Source of the DNA: Hydrurus foetidus
Taxonomy: Eukaryota
Assembly (NCBI GenBank): GCA_900617105.1
Contig: UYFQ01000176.1
Coordinates: 1-43,673, forward strand
Direction: 5' to 3'
Length of the DNA: 43,673 nt
The notes below the pieces were generated by a model. That model did not search any database. It was not told the DNA's origin and worked only from the letters and a program-made list of their open reading frames with translations. Positions 35,376 to 43,673 of the stretch are shown piece by piece; positions within the stretch are counted from its first letter, which is position 1, and each line of letters begins with the position of its first letter. The translations under genes and the position numbers were made by a program.

Positions 35376-36780
35376 ATGCACTTTAAAAAAATTGTTCTCC
35401 GGGCCATCATTCATAGGCACTCTATGATGGTGAAGCACCGCGCTGAACTTGCGGTTCAAATGAAGGAAATGGTTGTACCTTCCATTGCAGCGGTCAAAAG
35501 ACGTAAAGAATTTAAGCAAAGGAAATTCGAGAAAAGGCCAAAATACGAGCAGTCAACTTGGGGGATGATGTTGGCGCATCCACGCTTCAAGGACCCTCAT
35601 GATAGGAAGGGAGGTCAACTATTTAGGAGACGTTTTAGAGTACCATTTCCGGTGTACTTGGAAATACTTCGTATGACACGTGAAAGCAACTGGTTTTCTG
35701 AAGGGCGAGACGCCATTGGAATTCTCTCAGCACCTCTGGAGCTCAAAGTTCTCAGTGTGCTGCGTGTCCTTGGACGAGGATGTTGCTTTGACGGAGTAGA
35801 GGAGCTCTGTTTCATTAGCGCAGAGGTGCTGAGACAATTCTTTCACAAATTCTGCGCTTTGTTCGCAGCAAAGTACTTCCCTATCTAATGCTCTCCACCT
35901 ACAACTGCGGAAGAAATAAAGCATACAACAGGAGTCTATGCTAGGATGGGTCTGCCTGGGTGCATCGGCAGCACCGATTGCGTGCACATCAGATGGGAAC
36001 GTTGTCCAGCAGGGAGTCGATCATTACACAAAGGGAAAGAGGGATACCCTACTTTGCCGTATGAAGTTACAGTTGATCATAGCAAGCGTATCATTGGAGT
36101 CACACAAGGGCATCCAGGTGCAAGGAACGACAAGACCATTGTGAAGTTTGATGGTTTCGTGTCTGCTATCCATGACGGTACTCTCTATCAGAATGAGACG
36201 TTTGAACTTCTTGATGAAGAAGGTGTTCCAACTGAGCAGAAGGGACTCTACCTTATTGTTGATGGTGGCTACCATAAGTGGCGGTGCTTACAATGCCCGA
36301 TGAAACATACGTCTAAGATGAAGGAGGCCTTGTGGAGTAAGTGGGTAGAGTCCGTCCGCAAAGATGTGGAGTGTTGCTTTGGTATATTGAAGGGTCGGTT
36401 CAGGTGCCTCAAACTTCCTATATTTTATCAGAACAAATCAGTGATTGATAACATGTTTTTCACCTGTTGCATACTACATAATATACTCCTGAATGTTGAT
36501 GGGTTTGATGCACGATGGGAAGAAAATGTGAATTGGGAGGACAAGCAGGATATCATGCTGATGAAGATATAACTATTTTTAAGAAGCACTGGAGAAGAGC
36601 TAGAGCGTTAGTAGGATCAACAGATTATAGTTTACAAGGAATAAATGCAGTGAATAGACGATACGAAATGTTTCATGATGGCGGTGAAGAAGTTCAAGAC
36701 TCACATTACGCTTAAAGGAAGAAACTGGTCGATCACTACTATAGAAAGTATGCTGCACGTCAAATTGAATGGTTAACTTA
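35376..36780 (+). pseudogene. Harbinger DDE transposase, frameshifted near 35885 and 36540
   Basis: FRRRFRVP, PGCIGSTDCVHIRW, PGARNDKTI, YLIVDGGY and ESVRKDVECCFGILKGRFRCLK. Confidence 0.92.
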
Positions 36781-36790
36781 ATTATAATTT

Positions 36791-38200
36791 CTACTTCTTG
36801 GTCAATTTCCTTTTCCTTGAAACTCCTCTAGTACGGGTCATCGCAGTAAACAAGCATTCACCTTCCGGGGATGATGGTGTGAGCGATGCTGCAGCAGCAT
36901 TAGCAGATGCAGAAGAAGATGATGAAGCAGATGATGATGAAGATGATGTAGCAGGTTTCACTCCATGTTTCCTTGGCGACACCCGAGTGGGCACTTCTAG
37001 AGGAAGAGAGGCTGTGGTGGATAGAGATCGTTCGGTGTCACTGTCAGTAGGTGCTTGCTGATCATCTCCACTGTCCTCATGATTGCTGTAATCTCCACCG
37101 CACTCTTGACGGTCCACGATCTCATCAAGATCACCCTCAAATTCCGAAGGCGCATCATCCCCCCAAAGCTCGGTCTGTTGTGGTGGACTCAAAAGGGTAT
37201 TATTCTTCGATGCACTCTCACTGCAGGTGGCAGAAGATGGAATCTTTGGAAGCTCAACAACTTCCTCATCGGAGTCTTCAACAATGATCTCAACTGGAGG
37301 AGGATTGCGTATGAGCGCCTTGATCTCCGATTTGATCACAACTCTCTCGTCTTCGTCATCCTCAATTTCCAGCAGGTACTTCAGCTCAGCGAGCCTTTTC
37401 TCCCGGGCATCTAAGAAATTGCTTACTTTGAGCACCGCATTCAGTTCCCGCTAGACCTTTCTGTCCTTCTTGATATTTGTTGGCTGCTCTTTAGATATTA
37501 CCTTTCGGATATCATCCTCTTTGACTCTTTGATCATGGCGTTGATCCTTCCTGCTCTTCGCTTTTTTCACGTTGGTGTCGTCCGTTGTCACGCCAGGGCC
37601 ATTTGATTTCCTACCGATATGCATTCAAGACTTCAGAAGATGATAGAAATTCGTTTCGTTTATCTGATAGACTCACGCGGCGTAGAAGATGCCGTCGGGT
37701 TCTTCTGAAGCTGCGCCAAAGATTAAGAAGACATTCCACTCCTTCGGAGCTCAATTTGGAGGGCAGCTTTTCGTGGATTTAGGATTCTTCGCTAGCTCCG
37801 CTCTCAAGAAAACATCTTTCCTCGTCTTCTCTATGATCTCAATCTTTGACTTGCCTGACGGCAGTTGTCCACCAGGAAGGTTTTTCATGTAAAGCTCTGT
37901 AAAGTCATTGACTATTATCCTCTTGATTTCACCAAACTTTCTCCAAATTGATTCCCCGTCGTGATAGTCGTCAGGTTTGCAGACTTTGACAATGAAATTC
38001 TTTGATCGGAGGAGGATAGCTCGATCAATACCCTGTAACGCCGGCGAGAGATAGGAATTTGCGCAAGCCAATTTGAATTCTTCGAAGATTTCTGTCTCAA
38101 TTTGCTCTTTGCACAATTCGCGTTCTGCGGATACAGAAAGACCAGCCCTGGCGATGCAGACATATTGAAAACTTTTGATGTCGTGGACTTGAAATATCAT
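36791..38200 (-). pseudogene. Harbinger accessory (second) gene, fragmented
   Basis: Inside the TIRs and convergent with the transposase. Charged, low-complexity ORF pieces at 37751-38200 and 36791-37435. A Myb/SANT-like role is inferred from position only. Confidence 0.6.
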
Positions 38201-38427
38201 GATTGTTGAATAGAAGTGCCTCTGATAGCACCGTGAGAGAACTCGTCTTGAAGAAACTCGTCACTAGATCGAGACGAGAATGGACCAGCTTTGCCGGGCC
38301 AGATACTCGTAAATGTCATGATCGAGTTTTATTCTCGTATTATTTGCGCGATATGGAGTCAAAAGTCGTATTTCTCGGCACGAGTTCCAGGAAAACTCGT
38401 GTTTCAGGTGCGCGATAAGGAGTGGCC

Positions 38428-39438
38428 TAAGGACGTCAAAGGGAACCAATTTACTATCCTAGTCTACGTAGACGACTTAATGATGACGTTTGTGGACAAG
38501 AAATCAGTTTTGGATTTTGAGCAAACTTTGCTGAAAACGTACGGACAATTCCGTACCACTCAAGAGCGTGTCGTACCGTACCTAGGTTGCACGTGGGATT
38601 CACTGAGAAAGGATTTGTAAAGGTCACACAGATCGGAATGATTCAAGATCTGATCTCATCAAGGGAAAAAAGCCATGCCGAACGAGGTATAAACCTCATT
38701 GGGAATCTATCGTCACCCGGTGCCCCACACCTATTTGAGCGGACCTTGGACTGCAAATTCCTGAATGAGAAAGACGCTAAAACCTTCCATACAGACGTCG
38801 CTACAGCGCTATACCTGGGGAACCGAACGCGTCCGGATATCGTATTAGTGTTTGGTGAACTTTGCAAACGTGTAAAGGCACCAACAACAGAAGACGACAA
38901 GAAACTTGATAGGCTCATATGCTATCTGAGGGCTACTAGAGACAAGCCCCTACGACTCGGTTGCACATTACCACTGACAGTTACAGTATCAATTGATGCC
39001 GCATTTGCTAACCGAGATATGATGAAGTCAACCTCAGGAATGTGTGTCACATTGGGGGTGGGATATTTTATTACGAGTTCCAAGGTCCAGAGGCTCAATT
39101 CCAAGTCAAGTACGGAGTCCGAGATCATTGCAGTTTCCGACGGCATGAACATTCCACTATGGCTTGCTGGGTTTATTGCGTACCAAGGACATGGGAAACA
39201 CCCAGTGAGGCTGGAACAAGACAACCAATCATGCATTGCGTTGCTGAACAAAGGTCGGTCTACCGCAGAGACCACCCGGTTTATTGAGGTACAGAAATTC
39301 TGGATCTCAGACTACATCCGTATCGGTGCCGTAAACATTATCTACGTGCCCACCGAGGATATGACATCCGATTACTACACCAAGCCACTACAAGGAACAC
39401 TTTTTCCCAAGATGGTGAAGGAAATTATGGGAAATTAA
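38428..39438 (+). pseudogene. pol: Copia pol, 3' part (RT YVDD and RNase H); frameshift near 38597
   Basis: ILVYVDDLMM, YLG, RTRPDI, SIDAAFA, SKSSTESE, EQDNQS and DYYTKPLQG. Confidence 0.95.
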
Positions 39439-39602
39439 GTAGTATACACTATTGACTTACAGTTGAGCTATTTTTAAAAAATTTATTAGCAACAATACAT
39501 GTTATGATCACTATAGCTTACAGCAGATACAAATACGATTTATGTTTCATTCCCATGAAAAAATACGAATATGCCGCCTGAATGCTTATGACATTAGGGG
39601 TG

Positions 39603-39997
39603 TGTTGGATATAGCATAGCTATCCCTATGGGGACAATCTCTTTGGGGACAATCCCTTTGGGGTAATATCATTCAAGCCCAAGCGGAGGAGCGAGGGTAG
39701 CACTTTTGGAACCGAGAACCATCACTCATGTGATGTACTGGAAGTTGCAACTGATGATGACTGTGAACAGTCAACTGTAGCTAGTTTAGCTAGACATGAA
39801 CTGCTTTGTATTGACACCCTGAGCACTTCTAATTAAAAGAGACTATATGGCTGTGTGTCATTATACCTACACTAGAGTGAGCTGTTGGAGCAACTTTGGT
39901 CGACTAGCTGAAAGCAAAGTGTGTTCTAAACGAATCACTGCTATCAACCAGGTGCTCTGATTGGATCTAGGATCCACAAGATAGTTTTATTCCAAGA
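39603..39997 (+). repeat. Copia 3' LTR, 395 bp, TGTTGGA...TCCAAGA
   Basis: Direct repeat of the 5' LTR, preceded by the PPT and followed by the TSD. Confidence 0.97.
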
Positions 39998-41989
39998 GCA
40001 GCTCTCCAAGATTAATTCCAGCACACGGAGTATCAGGCCCCACCGGTATCTGAGTGCATATTTGAACTCGCCTTGATCTCTAGAAAATTCACATATACTT
40101 TACTGATCTATCCGCTAACTGGAAAGGCATAATAATTGGGGGGTCTAAAACACCGTTCAAATCGCGCTCTTAATTAGGATTATGTTACCCAAAATGACGC
40201 TTATAAGCCTACTTTCGATATGGTTTGCAGTTTGTTGCCTAGTGCTTTTTATTGCATTTTAAGTGCTGATATATTAGACCTTAGATCGTAAATCTAAGAG
40301 GATAAGAGCCGCACGCATTGAACGGTAGGAGCGCTTGTTCCCGGCCAAATTGCCCCATTGGTTGCGTGTACAGTCTACTGAAAGGATAGCTAGTTGCTCT
40401 GTTGACTAAAATGGGTCTAGAGTCTGATTGTAAAAAGTGCACGAAGAAGAAGCATAGCAGTTTGAATCGAACGGAGCTAGGAGACTACCTCCAATCTAAA
40501 ATCAAAAATACAGAAAAAATTGTCGCAGTAACGGTTGGTTCCGCGCTTGATATGGCTGTTGTCGTGCCAGAGACTCCTGCGGCAATCGGCTTGGAACTGC
40601 CAGCAGTCGTGATTGACTTCGTTGCAACCACATATGAAGAACTAAGTAATCATCTATATAGTAAGTACAGTAGTAATCAAACTGAAATAGTGTCTTGCTT
40701 ACCCTCGATAGAAGACAGGAACTTGTTGCAAACGTTCTACCTCGATGCATCAGAAAATGATAAGTTTCTAATAGATGCAGTTTGGCACAAGCACCGTCAC
40801 TTCAAAATTTGAAAACTTTTTTCTTATTAAATGAGTATTTTTGCAAATTTGCTATTTTTTTAGGGCTCGTAATCGATCTCAATGGCAATGTTGTCAGAGT
40901 GCAACTGTATGTGTGCAATAGACTCGCTAAATCATCAATCAAAAGCCATCTTAAAAGAAAAAATTCTGGAAAAAAATTGCTCTTAAATCGGATTTAGGAA
41001 ACAATAGGCACCCCACTCTACTGCTAGGGCTGGTGGTCGACCCCAAAAATGGAAGTCGACCCGACCAAGGTCTTAGATCGTTCCTTGTGGGTAAACAGAA
41101 TACAAAATACAAAACGGGGTAAATTCGTTTTTTTGTATTTTGTATTCTGTCACTCAACGTCTGCTGTGGTACGGGCTGAAGACACCAAGAAAGGTAAAAT
41201 ACGGTTTCCAGAAAAAAGATCTTAAATTTCGAATTCAAGTTCGAATTCAAAATTAATCTGAAACGAAGGTCAGCCATTGACATCCATCGACATCCATCGA
41301 ACATCTACAATCTCGATCATCTCTACTACACTACTCTCGCAACAGAAGACAAACCGCAAGCAGCTGCCAGCCAGAAAGATTTCAAGGGCAACTACCTCTT
41401 TCTGCAGCATTTTTTTCAAGTGGGAGCATTCTACCAACCAGCAGAAATCTCATCAAATCTACTTGATGAGGTTGCCGTCGCGACGGCTCAACACATCTGA
41501 CATCCCGGGGCACCACTATTATCGCGACAAGGGCCAACAATCTCCGACCTGATGTTCTTAATGATTACCGCTCTCCCGATAATTTTAGATAGCTTCTTCC
41601 ACTCTCAAACATTCCGATTTCAGATCAACTTCAGCAACCACAAGAGATTGATTTGCCCGCAGTGTGGATGATGAATTAGCATTGCGATTCTCATCGCATT
41701 AATTACTACTAGAAGCTGGCTGCCCACGTCTTATCGCCCATCCATCCTCATGCCCGAGCCGATCTCTCCGGGACCTCCTCACCAGACTGCTGTTAAATAT
41801 GCGGCGGTCATGGTCACAGAGGTCTCATCCTCTGCTCCTACAGCAACTACACACGGCTAAAAGAAGCTATTCTTATTGGCAAAGCCACTACTGGAAGCTG
41901 ACTGCCCACTTCATGCGACCACAGACTTCGGTACCGATCATTCGCTTCCATCAGCGTCAAATAATTTGACCCTTCGGTACAGTATAGTA

Positions 41990-42525
41990 ATAAACTTTGA
42001 TTATCTTTTACAAAACTTCTATCTATTTCCATTATATTGCGATGTGTCTTCTGTTTCTTTCTCATTCTCTCAATAGCAGTATATGATGTGGCAGATTTGC
42101 CGCTTCTCACTGTTTTCGGCATATATAGTCTTTTATAATCCCGCGCCCTTCTCTGATATTTGAAAACTCTACTCAGAGGTAGCACAGCAGTATACTTGCA
42201 CAATTTTTCACTCTCTCGACAAACTTCACATCCGCTTCTAATCTCGTTACACAATCGTTTTCCCTTCTCTGTTCGTACTTTAACTTGCCCAACCCATACT
42301 CTATGCCTCCACCAGCAGTTTCAGGTGTGCATACAACTGAGGGGAGCAGGATATGTCCTATTATTTCTACAACGTATTGTAGTGCAGTTCGCTCGAATTT
42401 GAAATCAGTGCAGTTATTCAAGACAGCATGTGCATCAAGGTCTGGCGTAACAATCAATCTACTGTCACCATTCATCTCTCACCTTTCCTTAACTGAATCT
42501 GTTTGCCTCCCCTTCATCTTTTCTT
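41990..42525 (-). pseudogene. C-terminal remnant of an IS630/Tc1-like transposase, interrupted by the next LTR element
   Basis: LNNCTDFKFE...GHILL...PETAGGGIEYGLGKLK and RRARDYKRLY...KTHRN resemble the PKxHxEL/IEYxWG..K...KSHR pattern from memory. The sequence is frameshifted. Confidence 0.6.
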
Positions 42526-43673
42526 TGTAGTGTGGTCGGACCGGCTATACCGGGCCTACGGGCCGTACCGGACCTAGTCCCGATCCATCCGATCCTACCG
42601 CCTACTGTACACATACATCTCTAGCGCAGCTGCTAGCTAGCTCTAGCCTACTCGTAGAAGTTTATCCTAGCTTCTAGTTTAGTCTTGTAACTAACTAACA
42701 CCTCCATTCTATCGACCTACCTTCTATCCGGACTACAATAGCGGTATTCGTCCACTCTTTCTTCTGCTACTTCTCATTCCGTCTACTCGTCCCAACCTGT
42801 AGATAAGACTTCTGAGCTTCCGCTCAACAACTTTCGAGCCGTTTTCTTCTGCAGCCATTGGCTCAGAAGACCTAGTCTAAGTTAGAGAAAGTCAGATTAA
42901 CTGCTTTCTTGGAATCCCCGTGGATTGGGCTCTTCCAAACTTGACATTTTGGTCGAAGTTGATTTATCCTTCCCAAAAGTCATTTCAGACTTGCTCCGCT
43001 GGTCGATCGAATCACAGATTCATCACCAGAGACACAAAGTTAGTCTATAGACTTCTTTTCGTCGACGTTGAGCAACGTCTTTGACCTTAACGGTCACTCA
43101 GATTTTCTACCTCTCTAAATTTGGCTTTCACGCCATAGAACTTTTCAGTTCAAGAGTTGGTTAGAATTGCTTTATTCGTTGTTACTGACGTTACAGTACC
43201 CGTTTGCGAACGAGGCGAAGCTCTTGAAAAAATTTTCTGAGCAGGGGTTATCGATCTCCATTGACTTTCAGTGAGATTTACATCGATAAGTGATTAGACA
43301 TGTCATCACCACCTAACCCAAACCCTGATCCGAATCCGGACGAGGAAGAGATTGCACGTCTGGCAGCTTTAGCCGCGCTCAACGATTCGACTATCTCAAT
43401 GTCGAACTCGCTGTTCCCAGCTTTCCCCTCGACGATGCAACTCCAGGGTGAGGTGTTCGTCCTCAGGCATAACTTCATTGATGAAGCTGATGCGACTGAG
43501 TTCTACGAACAGGCTCAGAGGTACCCGTTGATGAAGCTGACCGATTGCATGCAGAAGCAGGCAATCGAGTTACTTAATTTCAGGATCATGATCGATCCTG
43601 AATTTAACATCATCGATAGACGACAACGCCATGATTGGCAGACTAAATTGTCGGTACTTCAGGTAGCCAAACA
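42526..43673 (+). mobile_element. 5' end of an LTR retrotransposon (candidate 212-bp LTR 42526-42737, leader, gag start)
   Basis: TGTAGT...ACTACA inverted termini start exactly where the transposase remnant is cut, followed by a long leader and an ORF open to the edge. The second LTR is not in the window. Confidence 0.65.
43300..43673 (+). CDS. Partial ORF, probable gag N-terminus (MSSPPNPNPDPNPDEEEIARLAALAAL...)
   Basis: 124 codons without a stop up to the window end, downstream of the candidate LTR. Confidence 0.55.
   Translation, partial: MSSPPNPNPDPNPDEEEIARLAALAALNDSTISMSNSLFPAFPSTMQLQGEVFVLRHNFIDEADATEFYEQAQRYPLMKLTDCMQKQAIELLNFRIMIDPEFNIIDRRQRHDWQTKLSVLQVAK

Larger units (their letters stand above)
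35132..38427 (+). mobile_element. PIF/Harbinger DNA transposon inserted in copia RT
   Basis: Two convergent genes. Right TIR GGTGCGCGATAAGGAGTGGCC is followed by TAA. Left TIR CTCCTTATCGCACC lacks its outer bases. The RT frame resumes right after the element. Confidence 0.92.
28745..39997 (+). mobile_element. Full-length Ty1/copia LTR retrotransposon (diatom CoDi-like), with two nested DNA transposons
   Basis: 395-bp LTRs (28745-28755 + 30793-31176; 39603-39997) with 7 mismatches by eye. GCAGC TSD at 28740-28744 and 39998-40002. PPT TTAGGGGTG. Domain order gag-PR-IN-RT-RH. Confidence 0.96.

Noticed and set aside
40402..40812. 136-aa ORF downstream of the copia element
   Set aside because: No recognisable domain and no ATG at the listed start; left unannotated.

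Overview
Eukaryotic, transposon-dense window. It is probably a photosynthetic stramenopile, inferred from the 76-161 bp GT-AG introns, the diatom/oomycete-type transposon families and a signal-peptide-bearing RluA-family enzyme. Only two ordinary host genes are supported: a two-exon copine (23604-25356, +) and a four-exon RluA-family pseudouridine synthase (26509-28641, -). The rest is nested mobile DNA: (1) a Ty3/gypsy-like element whose gag and protease are separated by one in-frame TAG, inserted in a hAT remnant; (2) a gag-only copia-like element with an inverted piece of LTR; (3) a decayed pogo-like transposase; (4) a 6530-bp tandem duplication carrying a large GCA-based minisatellite; (5) a truncated, intron-containing Crypton-like tyrosine recombinase; (6) a full-length Ty1/copia element (28745-39997, GCAGC TSD, TG...GA LTRs) hosting an intact pogo element in its 5' LTR and a PIF/Harbinger element in its RT; (7) a second LTR element at the right edge. 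The most interesting signal is in the two copia-like families. Neither has a tRNA-type (TGG) primer-binding site. In both, the bases right after the LTR (TAATTAGAAGT; TAATTAAC[A]) are the exact reverse complement of a motif inside their own LTR, with family-specific flanks that still pair. This points to Tf1-style self-primed reverse transcription in a Ty1/copia lineage, which is inference and needs testing. All coordinates were read by eye and no database search was run.
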